The notes below the pieces were generated by a model that worked only from the letters and a program-made list of their open reading frames with translations, was not told where the DNA came from and did no database searches. Of a stretch of 64,000 nucleotides of DNA, positions 1 to 8,040 are shown in pieces. Each line of letters starts with the position of its first letter. Position 1 is the first letter of the stretch. A program made the position numbers and the translations under genes. The stretch lies in the NCBI GenBank assembly GCA_963718875.1, contig OY970378.1:947691-1011690 (forward strand). Direction: 5' to 3'. Origin of the DNA: Candidatus Parcubacteria bacterium. GTDB lineage: Bacteria > Patescibacteriota > Saccharimonadia > UBA4664 > JBIOIQ01.

Positions 1-189
1 CAGGCACAGCGTCGAAATACTGACAAAGTGTGGCTGCCTTGAGGGAGGTGGCTGGATCGCCGCCTGCAGAGCAGGTATCGTGTCGCATGGCGATCTTGTG
101 AGAGCCTCCAGAGTGACGCTCGAAGGAATCTTCGGTGACCATGCGGCAGGCAAGTTGGCAGAGATCGCTGCTTGATCCTTCCGTCCACC

Positions 190-236
190 ACGACCGTTCC
201 GGGCTATCAACGCCCGGGGCGGTCGTTTTGCTTTTA
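190..236 (+). terminator. GC-rich hairpin (acgaccg...cggtcgt, with inner ccggg/cccgg) followed by a T-run; closes a high-GC (~58%) segment at the left edge of the window
   Basis: Inverted repeat plus tttgctttt read directly from the sequence; the upstream 190 bp is high-GC but has no clean ORF. Confidence 0.35.
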
Positions 237-240
237 AGCC

Positions 241-310
241 TGGTTTTTGAAGTCAGACTTTAATCTTTGGACTTGGGAAATCTCGATTTGAAGTCTGACT
301 TCTGATCTAG
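241..310. repeat. Family-A palindromic element (tttgaagtcagactttaatc ... gatttgaagtctgacttctgatc)
   Basis: Inverted copies of GAAGTCAGACTT/AAGTCTGACTTC; the same unit recurs at 787, 7962, 8604, 15362, 16025 and 41073. Confidence 0.8.
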
Positions 311-630
311 CTGGCGCTGCGGTTTTCAAGCTTGGCAATGCGAAAACCATGGTCTTTGGCATAATCCTTAACCACCACAACGTCGTCTTTGATCTCTGAA
401 AGTTCTTGATGGATCCCGTCTATCAGCATTGTGATCTTCTCAAATTGTTCGTTTACGCCGGTTATAATTGTTTCAACTGCATTATCAATTTTTGAATCAA
501 GCGCATTTAACCTCTGGCCATGCGCAGCGAACCGTGGTTCAACCACCTCGACCACCACAGCTTTAATTTGTTCTAAGTCTTCCTTGGTAAGAGACATTCT
601 TACTCCTTCTTTAGATTTATTGTATCTCAC
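307..630 (-). CDS. Small hypothetical coiled-coil protein; the likely true start is the Met at 597 (MSLTKEDLEQ...), which follows an AAGGAG ribosome-binding site
   Basis: ORF lies between two family-A repeats; the RBS aaggagtaagaATG was read from the sequence; no recognisable domain. Confidence 0.4.
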   Translation of the reverse strand: MRYNKSKEGVRMSLTKEDLEQIKAVVVEVVEPRFAAHGQRLNALDSKIDNAVETIITGVNEQFEKITMLIDGIHQELSEIKDDVVVVKDYAKDHGFRIAKLENRSAS

Positions 631-720
631 CTCTTGTCTCTATCATACCGAACAAAAAGCGAAAGTGCCAGGTTCGGTTAGTCTATCTCGTTCCTCTTCG
701 AACAAGCCTACACATTACCT

Positions 721-778
721 CTGAACTTGTCGAAGGGTCGCAGGGCACGCACATTCCCGGCCTTCGACTACGCTCAGG
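721..778. repeat. Family-C palindromic element (ctgaacttgtcgaagg ... ccttcgactacgctcagg)
   Basis: Inverted repeat; related copies at 5806, 7938, 8576, 33580 (inside alaS), 48866 and 53730. Confidence 0.7.
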
Positions 779-786
779 CCATAATC

Positions 787-857
787 TGGTTTTTTTGAAG
801 TCAGACTTTAATCTTTGATGTTAGGTAACTGTATTTAAAGTCTGGCTTCTAGTCTGG
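787..857. repeat. Family-A palindromic element, directly abutting the family-C copy (composite C+A)
   Basis: tggtttttttgaagtcagactttaatc...aaagtctggcttctagtctgg. Confidence 0.8.
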
Positions 858-1358
858 TTATTTAACGACAAAGTTGACTAGTTTGCGCGGGACGGTAATA
901 GTTTTGACCATTGTTTTACCATCAAGATGCTTTTTGACAGACTCAACCTCCGCAGCGGACTTTTCCAACTCATCCTTGCCCACGTCTACGGCCGCTAGCA
1001 TAGTGCCGCGCAGCTTGCCATTGACCTGGATGGCAATCTCAATGATGTCGTCTTTAATTAACTCTGGATCATATTTGGGCCATGCAGCCACATGTACGCT
1101 CTCGGTTTCGCCCAATGCTTCTTGCCACAGCTCTTCGGCTAAGTGCGGCATGGCTGGAGCTAACATGAGGACTAATGTACGCACAGTTCGTTGCGCCAAT
1201 AAAGCGGCCTCAGGTTGCAAAAGTGATTTACGTATATCCGGCGCGTTCAAGAAGTTTACATATTCCATCAAGCTACTGACCATAGTATTAAAGTGCATAT
1301 CTTGAATATCTTCGTGGACTTTTTTCAAAGTTTTGTGAGTCATACGATCTACTGCCAC
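858..1358 (-). CDS. leuS: Leucyl-tRNA synthetase C-terminal fragment (anticodon-binding and C-terminal domain), separated from the main ORF by a frameshift
   Basis: Ends ...IQVNGKLRG...VPRKLVNFVVK, as bacterial LeuRS C-termini do; starts 2 nt away from the stop of the 840-aa LeuRS ORF but in a different frame. Confidence 0.8.
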   Translation of the reverse strand: MAVDRMTHKTLKKVHEDIQDMHFNTMVSSLMEYVNFLNAPDIRKSLLQPEAALLAQRTVRTLVLMLAPAMPHLAEELWQEALGETESVHVAAWPKYDPELIKDDIIEIAIQVNGKLRGTMLAAVDVGKDELEKSAAEVESVKKHLDGKTMVKTITVPRKLVNFVVK

Positions 1359-1359
1359 C

Positions 1360-3882
1360 TCAATGACCCCCTCGTTCCCACTTGGATTGCGAGGGAGCCT
1401 TGGTTTGGGAGTTTTGAATTAACTTATGCGCCAAGTCCCAAGTACGGTACGTAAAACGCCCTACGCCAGCTAAATGTTCCTCACTCCAGGCCATTTCTTG
1501 ATCATATGGTCCCATAAACATCTCGTACAATCGAAGTATATCTGCTCCATGCGTCGTGATTACGCCGTCTGGATTAATAACATTGCCGCGAGATTTGCTC
1601 ATCTTTTGATTGTCCGGCCCTAAAATCATGCCATGGCTTCGTCTCTTGGCATAAGGCTCGAGAGAGGGCACGAGTTTTTGATCATATAAAAATTTGTGCC
1701 AAAAGCGTGAATACAACAAATGAAGTGTCGTATGCTCCATTCCGCCGTTATAGAGATCAACCATCAACCAGTCTTGTAATTTGGACGTTGAAGCAAAAAC
1801 TTGATCATTGTTGGGGTCAATGTAGCGCAAATAGTACCAGCTAGAGCCAGCCCAGTTGGGCATGGTGTCTGTTTCTCGCTTAGCCGGACCATCACATTGA
1901 GGGCAAACCGTATTAACCCAATCGGTAATTGCCGCCAAGGGGCTTTCACCTGTTTTGGTGGGTTCATAATGTTCAACTTCAGGCAAAGTAAGAGGTAGTT
2001 GATCTTCCGGCACCGGCACGACTCCACACTTGGGACAATGAACCACCGGGATAGGTTCGCCCCAGTAATGCTGGCGACTAAAAATCCAATCGCGCAGTTT
2101 GTACTTGACTGCGTGTTTTGCGGACCCCGCTTTAAACAAATCTTCCACTATGGCTTGCTTTGCTTCGGATCCTAATAAACCGTCGTATTGGCCGGAATTA
2201 ATCAGTTCTCCTTCATCCGTAAGTGCGGTTTCTTTCCATAATTGCTGCCAGACAAATTTTTGGTGGTCAGGTACAAGCCTATCTAAAACTGCTTTTTGTT
2301 CGACCCAAACTAGAGTATGTTGCTTGGATTCGGCGTTGGGAATATTGCCTTGCTGGCTTAGATTGTCAACCTCGGCCATGATCACCATAGTAATGGCCTT
2401 GCGGTTTTGCTGCTTATGCGAGGCGCAGTAACGCGCTCCGGTAACCCAACGTAACTTGCGAACAATATTTATGTCCTGTAAGGCCGCTTCTTCGCGGATC
2501 TCATTTAAGGCGGCAGTTTCAGGTGTTTGCCCGTCTTCAATCCCTCCCATGATGGCAGTAGTTATGCCCTCAAGAGTACCGTGCCAATCAAGCAGGGCAA
2601 ATTTACCAGTGGACTTATCTTTAAGATGGACGATTACCGTGTCCCGAACGACTTCTTCGTACCTGGGTTGAGGTGGATTTTTGGTATCGTCCTCAATAGG
2701 CATGATTACCTGCTTAATTGGTAGGTCAAATTTTTTGGCAAACTCAAAGTCACGCTCATCGTGGGCAGGGACAGCCATAATGGCGCCCGTACCGTAACCC
2801 ATTAAAACGTAGTCGGCGATCCAAACTGGAAGTTCCTCTTTGGTAAGAGGGTTGATCGCCATTGCTCCGGTCCAGACGCCAGTTTTGGGCCGCTCCTGGT
2901 CTTGCCGCATTAACTCTGTCTCGGACTGGACGGTTTTGATATAGCTTTCAGTAACTGATTTTTGACCAGAGGTTGTGATGTCTTTTACTAGTGGATGTTC
3001 AGGCGCCAAGACTAAAAATGTAGCTCCGGCCAATGTGTCGGCACGAGTGGTGAAAACTTCAATATAAGAATTGTCATCCTGAACTCGATTCAGGATCTCT
3101 TGACTTAGTTTAAGAGATTCCGAATCCTGAGCGCTCGCATGGGCATGGTTCGTGCTCGCTTCCGGTCCGGAATGACAGATTGGAAATTTAACCGTCGCCC
3201 CCTCACTTCGACCGATCCAGTTAATTTGTTGCGTGGCCACACGAGGCAAGTAATCGACCGTTTTTAAGTCTTCAATCAGTCTATCAGCATAGGCTGTGAT
3301 TTTGAGTAACCATTGTTTGAGTAATTTTTTTTCGACTTCTGTGCCACAGCGCTCATGACGACCATTAATAACCTCTTCGTTGGCCAACCCAGTCTTACAA
3401 AATGGGCACCAATTAATGGCAATCTCGGCTTGGTAAGCAAGCCCGGCTTTAAGAAGTTGTAAAAAAATCCACTGGGTCCACTTGTAGTACTTAGGGTCAG
3501 TGGTATTAACCTCGCGCGACCAGTCGAAGCTTAGGCCCAAGCTTTTCATTTGGCGACGGAACGTGTCGACATTACGTTCGGTAGCGAGATGAGGGGCAAT
3601 CTTGTTTTTGATTGCATAGTTTTCTGTGGGCAATCCAAAAGCATCCCAGCCCATAGGATAGAGCACATTGAAACCTTGCATACGCTTGTGTCTGGCCATA
3701 ATATCCAGGGCAGTAAAGCTGCGGACATGTCCTACATGCAGCCCATCTCCCGAGGGATAAGGAAATTCTGCCAACAGGTAATATTTGGGCTTAGGATCAA
3801 AATCGACCGCTTGATAAAGCTTAGTGTCCGTCCAAACTTTTTGCCATTTGGGCTCAATTTTGCCTGGTTCGTATGGTTTCAT
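1360..3882 (-). CDS. leuS: Leucyl-tRNA synthetase main body (HVGH ... KMSKS) with an embedded Nudix/MutT-like domain and a repeat-derived insertion
   Basis: HVGHVRS and KMSKSRGN class-I motifs; CP1/editing region (TTRADTLAGATF, AVPAHDERDFEFAKKF); Nudix box GGIEDGQTPETAALNEIREEAAL at about aa 446-468. Confidence 0.9.
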   Translation of the reverse strand: MKPYEPGKIEPKWQKVWTDTKLYQAVDFDPKPKYYLLAEFPYPSGDGLHVGHVRSFTALDIMARHKRMQGFNVLYPMGWDAFGLPTENYAIKNKIAPHLATERNVDTFRRQMKSLGLSFDWSREVNTTDPKYYKWTQWIFLQLLKAGLAYQAEIAINWCPFCKTGLANEEVINGRHERCGTEVEKKLLKQWLLKITAYADRLIEDLKTVDYLPRVATQQINWIGRSEGATVKFPICHSGPEASTNHAHASAQDSESLKLSQEILNRVQDDNSYIEVFTTRADTLAGATFLVLAPEHPLVKDITTSGQKSVTESYIKTVQSETELMRQDQERPKTGVWTGAMAINPLTKEELPVWIADYVLMGYGTGAIMAVPAHDERDFEFAKKFDLPIKQVIMPIEDDTKNPPQPRYEEVVRDTVIVHLKDKSTGKFALLDWHGTLEGITTAIMGGIEDGQTPETAALNEIREEAALQDINIVRKLRWVTGARYCASHKQQNRKAITMVIMAEVDNLSQQGNIPNAESKQHTLVWVEQKAVLDRLVPDHQKFVWQQLWKETALTDEGELINSGQYDGLLGSEAKQAIVEDLFKAGSAKHAVKYKLRDWIFSRQHYWGEPIPVVHCPKCGVVPVPEDQLPLTLPEVEHYEPTKTGESPLAAITDWVNTVCPQCDGPAKRETDTMPNWAGSSWYYLRYIDPNNDQVFASTSKLQDWLMVDLYNGGMEHTTLHLLYSRFWHKFLYDQKLVPSLEPYAKRRSHGMILGPDNQKMSKSRGNVINPDGVITTHGADILRLYEMFMGPYDQEMAWSEEHLAGVGRFTYRTWDLAHKLIQNSQTKAPSQSKWERGGH
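3066..3176. repeat. Family-B/D-like palindromic element inserted in-frame inside leuS
   Basis: ttgtcatcctgaa..ttcaggatc followed by agattccgaatcctgagcgctcgc...cgcttccggtccggaatgac; compare the intergenic B copies ggattccctatccggagcgc...ccgatagggaatgac. It encodes the low-complexity LeuRS segment CHSGPEASTNHAHASAQDSESLKLSQEILNRVQDDNS. Confidence 0.6.
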
Positions 3883-3930
3883 GAGGGTAATTGTACCCTA
3901 GGTAGGCAAAAAGTTCGAGGGCGAGTCCGC

Positions 3931-3969
3931 GATGTCTGACTTCTCTACCCGAGAAGGAAGTCAGACATC
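3931..3969. repeat. Isolated family-A hairpin (gatgtctgacttc / ggaagtcagacatc) between leuS and the high-GC islet
   Basis: 13-bp perfect inverted repeat containing the family-A core gaagtcagac, followed by ttttt. Confidence 0.6.
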
Positions 3970-4107
3970 GAGAACTTTTTTACCGGCAAACAGGAAGTAG
4001 GCAGGTTTGCTTATCCGTGACGGAACTCATGACGCTGAGACACGGTGTACTTTTGAGCTTATTTGTAGTATGGTAATGGTTCGAACCTTCGACAGATTGG
4101 ACGAATC

Positions 4108-4440
4108 ATGACACGTCAAGCAGTAAGGAACAACGACGGGCTTGACCAGATGCTTCACCACGTGGACTGGAGCGCAGCTCACGTCAGCAGGGAAATGCTG
4201 TGCAAGCTGATCGCCGTGGCCCTCGAGAGAGACTCCACTGACTCGGTTATGACCGCAAGCGTAATGCTGGCAATTGTCGCGCCGGTGGAAGGCTGTACAC
4301 CTGCAGATTGGCACGACAACCTCGGTTGGCTGCGCAAGACCCTGGCGATCGAGACGCCAGCACCAACCGGCCGGCACCGGGCGGGCGCGAGTGACGGGAC
4401 CAACCACGATGGCCGCAACGGTTCCTCTTGCGGGCACTAG
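4108..4440 (+). CDS. Hypothetical protein, first gene of a four-gene high-GC plus-strand islet
   Basis: About 60% GC versus about 45% background; the 4428 and 4630 starts have RBSs (aggag, gaggtga); minus-strand ORFs over the same span look like GC artefacts. Confidence 0.35.
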   Translation: MTRQAVRNNDGLDQMLHHVDWSAAHVSREMLCKLIAVALERDSTDSVMTASVMLAIVAPVEGCTPADWHDNLGWLRKTLAIETPAPTGRHRAGASDGTNHDGRNGSSCGH

Positions 4441-4613
4441 CACCAGGAGCTCTGATGGACTCCACTAGAGTTATCATCCCTGCTTGGTTTCCTGCGCCAG
4501 TTGGAGATGTTGACGAGCGGCCAGTTAGACCATCCCAGTGGGCCCCAGAGGTGATGGCTGAAGTGTTAGCCGAGGAGGCCGGAAGCCTCGTTACAACCAT
4601 TCCTCTGCCATGA
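4428..4613 (+). CDS. Hypothetical small protein (likely start MDSTRV at about 4455 after an aggag RBS)
   Basis: High-GC islet; RBS read from the sequence. Confidence 0.3.
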   Translation: MRALAPGALMDSTRVIIPAWFPAPVGDVDERPVRPSQWAPEVMAEVLAEEAGSLVTTIPLP

Positions 4614-4629
4614 CCTACAGAGGTGAGTA

Positions 4630-4878
4630 ATGCCCGCCATTGACACGCATCTGGACTTCCTGCCATTTTCCGTTGATTGGGAGCATACGGAGAGCCGTGC
4701 CAGAGTCGCTTTGGTGGTTCAAGCAGCTCTCATCTGCCCCCCGAGCGCCGTAAAAGCCCACTGCCAAACCTTGGCCGTAATGGCTCCTCTAATGGGCGAA
4801 CAGGGAACGGAAGGTTGGGAAGCCAACCTGGAGTGGCTGAAGCTGACCGATGAAGCTGTGAGCTCAAGTGCCTCTTGA
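4630..4878 (+). CDS. Hypothetical small protein
   Basis: gaggtgagtaATG ribosome-binding site; high-GC islet. Confidence 0.35.
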   Translation: MPAIDTHLDFLPFSVDWEHTESRARVALVVQAALICPPSAVKAHCQTLAVMAPLMGEQGTEGWEANLEWLKLTDEAVSSSAS

Positions 4879-4920
4879 CGGCAGCTCCGCCAACAATCCA
4901 CACCACACTGTGGCTCCTTT

Positions 4921-4982
4921 GAAAGCCACAAGCCCCACCAAGACGGCTCCACCAGCTGTTTTGGTGGGGCTTGTCTTTTATA
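4921..4982 (+). terminator. Rho-independent terminator (ccccaccaa...ttggtgggg hairpin plus T-run)
   Basis: caagccccaccaagacggctccaccagctgttttggtggggcttgtctttta. Confidence 0.6.
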
Positions 4983-5037
4983 AAAGTTGATCGTATAATA
5001 TTCCGCACCCGTACCGCCATAGAACAGGGAGCTCCAA

Positions 5038-5568
5038 ATGACCAGCACTATGACAGACGCCGCACGTGCCCAGCGACGGGCAGTTGCCGCCTCCACATTC
5101 CTTCATCCAGCACCTGGTGCTACGCGCCAAAAACTGACCTTCGCCGAGTGGAATGAAATGCTCGGCAGCACGGACGAGCCAGTCGGCACAGTCGATCCTA
5201 CTACCAAGATCGACTTTGGCGAGTGGGTGGGCGCAGCTACCGGCTGGATGGGATTCTTGGCCAACGACGTCTTGACGCATCTCATCCGACTGGGCATGAC
5301 GTCCACCGAATGGTTCGACGAGGCAGCAAGGATTTTCGTTGCCCAGAACATCAAGTCCGCGCAACTGGAGAAAAAGTCGGTTCAAGACTGGTGGGAGTAC
5401 TTGCGTCTGGCGGCAGACAAGTACAAGTCCAGCTTCGCGAACGGCGTTGGCGAAGAGCCCATCCCCCTCCACACCTTCCTCAACCGGATCCTGTCCACCG
5501 ACCTGAACGTTCAGGCGTGGTATACGCGGTTACGGGGTCTGGCCCCGGCATCTAGCACTGTAACGTAG
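5038..5568 (+). CDS. Hypothetical protein (176 aa), high-GC
   Basis: gggagctccaaATG ribosome-binding site; bracketed by two plus-strand terminators. Confidence 0.5.
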   Translation: MTSTMTDAARAQRRAVAASTFLHPAPGATRQKLTFAEWNEMLGSTDEPVGTVDPTTKIDFGEWVGAATGWMGFLANDVLTHLIRLGMTSTEWFDEAARIFVAQNIKSAQLEKKSVQDWWEYLRLAADKYKSSFANGVGEEPIPLHTFLNRILSTDLNVQAWYTRLRGLAPASSTVT

Positions 5569-5677
5569 TCGCCTACCGACCATATTCGCCGTTCTCCGGC
5601 GAACCCCTATTCAGCCAGGCAGACCCTTCCATTCAACCGTCCTGCGACCTCTCGACCGCAGCCCCATCAGAACAACC

Positions 5678-5715
5678 CCCACCGGTTGTTTTGGTGGGGT
5701 TTGTTCGTTTAATGG
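5678..5715 (+). terminator. Rho-independent terminator (aaccccaccgg...ttggtggggtt plus T-run) closing the high-GC islet
   Basis: Hairpin followed by tttgttcgttt; a second small hairpin gtcccgctggagcgggac plus tttctcttc lies at 5780-5805. Confidence 0.55.
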
Positions 5716-5805
5716 AGCCCAAAGAATCAGCTGACGTAGCAAGACGACCTGGATTAAGAGATCCTGAACAGTATAAACGTCCCGCTGGAGCGGGACTTTC
5801 TCTTC

Positions 5806-5843
5806 CCTTCGACTTTGCTCAGGACCTCTGGCAGGATGACAAT
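5806..5843. repeat. Family-C half-site (cccttcgactttgctcagg) plus the caggatgacaat D-type terminal motif
   Basis: Matches the C copies at 761-778 and 8576-8596, and the D motif at 48993 and 58345. Confidence 0.5.
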
Positions 5844-5870
5844 TTAAAAGCTAGTTGAAATAAATGGTAG

Positions 5871-7007
5871 CTAGAATTGCCCGATAATATTGGACTTAAA
5901 GTTAAAGTTAATCTTCTTTTGCTCATTAAAGCGTTCTTCGGCTAGTCTAATTAGCTCGTCTACCAACTCTACTCCCGACACGCCAGCCGCCCGCCAATTG
6001 TGGTCATACAGCGCGCCAGGCAAAGTATTAATTTCGTTTAAATAAACTTTTCCCGTCTTACCATCAATTAGTAAATCCACCCGGGAAATGCCGGCCGCAC
6101 CGATAGCACGATAGGCCGCAATGGCCATTTGTTCTGATGCCTTAATAAGCTTAGGGTCAATTTTGGCTGGTAGCTCGCTATAATTGCCCTTTTTACCCCC
6201 GCCTTTTTTACCTTGGCCAATATATTTGTCTTCAAAATTAAACAGCTCAGATTTGTTAAGGGCTCGTTCGACCAAGGCAACTCGCGGCTCGGCATTACCC
6301 ATAACCGGCACCGTAACTTCGATTAAGTTGGGTACGCCCTCTTCAACAATCACTTTGTCGTCATAATGCAGCGCCACTTCGATAGCGTTTACAAGTTGGT
6401 CAGGTTTTTGAACTTTGGTAATGGCAATGCTGGAACCCAAATGAACTGGCTTTACAAATAATGGATATTTAAGGCTTTTGAGCTTTTTTTCAACCGCTGA
6501 TTGATTGGCTTGCCAATCATGTCGCATAAACCATTCATAGCGCGGGCTGGGCAGTCCAACCGCACCGGTAACTTGTTTGGTAATGACTTTGTCCATAGCT
6601 ACAGCTGAAGCAAATAAATCGCAACCTACAAACGGCACGCCGGCCATGCGTAAAAGACCCATAAGACTGCCATCTTCGCCGTAAGTGCCATGCATGGCGG
6701 TAAAGGCGACGTCAATTTTTTGCTGGCGGGTCCTTATGGATGGCCAGGTTAAGATAAGTCCGTTATCAAACAGCAGTTGGACCTTTTTCATTTTTTTTAG
6801 CTGACTGGTAAAATCAGGATTTTGGAAAGTTTTAATATCTAACAGTGATGGGTCGCAGTACCACGAACCGTCTTGAGTAATGTAAAGTGGATGCACGGTG
6901 TATTTGCCCGAAGCCTTGAGGCTGGGGATTACCGAAACAAGAGCCGTTACAATTGATACATCGTGCTCAGCTGAACGGCCGCCAAATATTACTAAAACGT
7001 TTTTCAT
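5871..7007 (-). CDS. ddl: D-alanine--D-alanine ligase
   Basis: 378 aa; ATP-grasp Ddl signature region (HGTYGEDGSLMGLLRMAGVPFVG...). Confidence 0.9.
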   Translation of the reverse strand: MKNVLVIFGGRSAEHDVSIVTALVSVIPSLKASGKYTVHPLYITQDGSWYCDPSLLDIKTFQNPDFTSQLKKMKKVQLLFDNGLILTWPSIRTRQQKIDVAFTAMHGTYGEDGSLMGLLRMAGVPFVGCDLFASAVAMDKVITKQVTGAVGLPSPRYEWFMRHDWQANQSAVEKKLKSLKYPLFVKPVHLGSSIAITKVQKPDQLVNAIEVALHYDDKVIVEEGVPNLIEVTVPVMGNAEPRVALVERALNKSELFNFEDKYIGQGKKGGGKKGNYSELPAKIDPKLIKASEQMAIAAYRAIGAAGISRVDLLIDGKTGKVYLNEINTLPGALYDHNWRAAGVSGVELVDELIRLAEERFNEQKKINFNFKSNIIGQF

Positions 7008-7144
7008 AAGCTTAATTATAGCATCCTCGAGCTCGAGACCGATTTGCCATTGGCGAACTGGTATTTTTTGACTTATTTGGCTTAATTAGGCATAATCACT
7101 TCACTACTCGCTTCGAAGCTTGAAGCCCTATCGGAAAGGCTACT

Positions 7145-7597
7145 ATGAGCCGCTTTACGAGACTCCTGAACCTCTACATCATCGTTGTTGGAGCGCTGGC
7201 CGGCCTGTGGCTTCTCTCCGTTATATCCATTGGACTGGGGAGAGGATCTGTCTTCAATACTCGATACGTGATGCTCTGCATTGCAAGCGTAGGTGTACTG
7301 GCCGTCATGGTTCTTGTAACAATCCTGTTGCTGGTAGATGACTGGGATAGCTCACTAATGCTCGCCCGAGTAGTCCCGGCTCACATTGTTGGTGGATCTG
7401 TGGCCTTGGGCTTTGCCTTTCATGTCACGCCAACAACTGGAATGGCGGCGCCTGCCTTAAACTGGCTGGTGGCAGTAATGTTCTACCTCTTGGCCGCGGC
7501 CGCTTGCATATCGATCACCTTGCAGCTCTATCTTGCTTCGCCCGTAAGTAACAAACGCCCACCAAAGGACTCCGGCAAGATCTTGAAGGCGCTGTAG
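7145..7597 (+). CDS. Hypothetical multi-pass membrane protein; GC about 55%
   Basis: Four predicted hydrophobic helices; the stop overlaps the start of the next ORF. Confidence 0.45.
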   Translation: MSRFTRLLNLYIIVVGALAGLWLLSVISIGLGRGSVFNTRYVMLCIASVGVLAVMVLVTILLLVDDWDSSLMLARVVPAHIVGGSVALGFAFHVTPTTGMAAPALNWLVAVMFYLLAAAACISITLQLYLASPVSNKRPPKDSGKILKAL

Positions 7598-7851
7598 TGG
7601 AGATCAACTTCCAGGAACTATTGGGCATGCTCGGCCGGTTCGTGCTTGACGGGTTCAAACGGAAGCGTCTGGCAGCGACGCTGTTCCTTTACTTACTCGG
7701 CGATGCCATCATGATGGGGATGATCGGCGTCATGATAGTAATCGGGCATCCGACGGGTGTAGCTGTGGCACTTGTTGCGACAGTGATGGCGATTTGGTTG
7801 ACACTCCCAACCTTCCGAGCTTGGGAGAGAAACCAGGCAGACATGCGTTAG
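7597..7851 (+). CDS. Hypothetical small membrane protein (two TM helices)
   Basis: Overlapping stop/start with the upstream gene (ATGA coupling); followed by a terminator. Confidence 0.4.
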   Translation: MEINFQELLGMLGRFVLDGFKRKRLAATLFLYLLGDAIMMGMIGVMIVIGHPTGVAVALVATVMAIWLTLPTFRAWERNQADMR

Positions 7852-7862
7852 AACAACAACCA

Positions 7863-7917
7863 CCGGTCCGGCGGCCACGCGCAAGCGCAGCTGCCGGACC
7901 GTTCGGCTTTTATAATC
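7863..7917 (+). terminator. Rho-independent terminator (ggtccggc..gccggacc plus ttcggcttttat)
   Basis: Inverted repeat plus T-run read from the sequence. Confidence 0.5.
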
Positions 7918-7937
7918 TGATTCTACGCTGGGCAAGG

Positions 7938-8033
7938 CCTTCGACCGACTCAGGCAATGATTGGTTTTTTGAAGTCCAACTTTAATCTTCATGGCTTTTG
8001 GCAATCGGGATTTGAAGTCAGACTTCTGATCAG
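7938..8033. repeat. Composite family-C half-site plus family-A element
   Basis: ccttcgaccgactcaggc followed by tggttttttgaagtccaactttaatc...gatttgaagtcagacttctgatcag. Confidence 0.8.
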
Positions 8034-8040
8034 TGTGAAA

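Noticed and set aside
2247-2682. The LeuRS insertion as an intein
   Set aside because: There is no Cys/Ser at the insert N-terminus, no terminal His-Asn, and no Hint-domain blocks. Instead the segment carries a canonical Nudix box.
4027-5472. Long minus-strand ORFs (4027..4443, 4247..4666, 4719..5096, 4978..5472) in the high-GC islet
   Set aside because: High GC suppresses stop codons in all frames. The plus-strand ORFs have ribosome-binding sites and are followed by plus-strand terminators, so the minus-strand ORFs are treated as artefacts.
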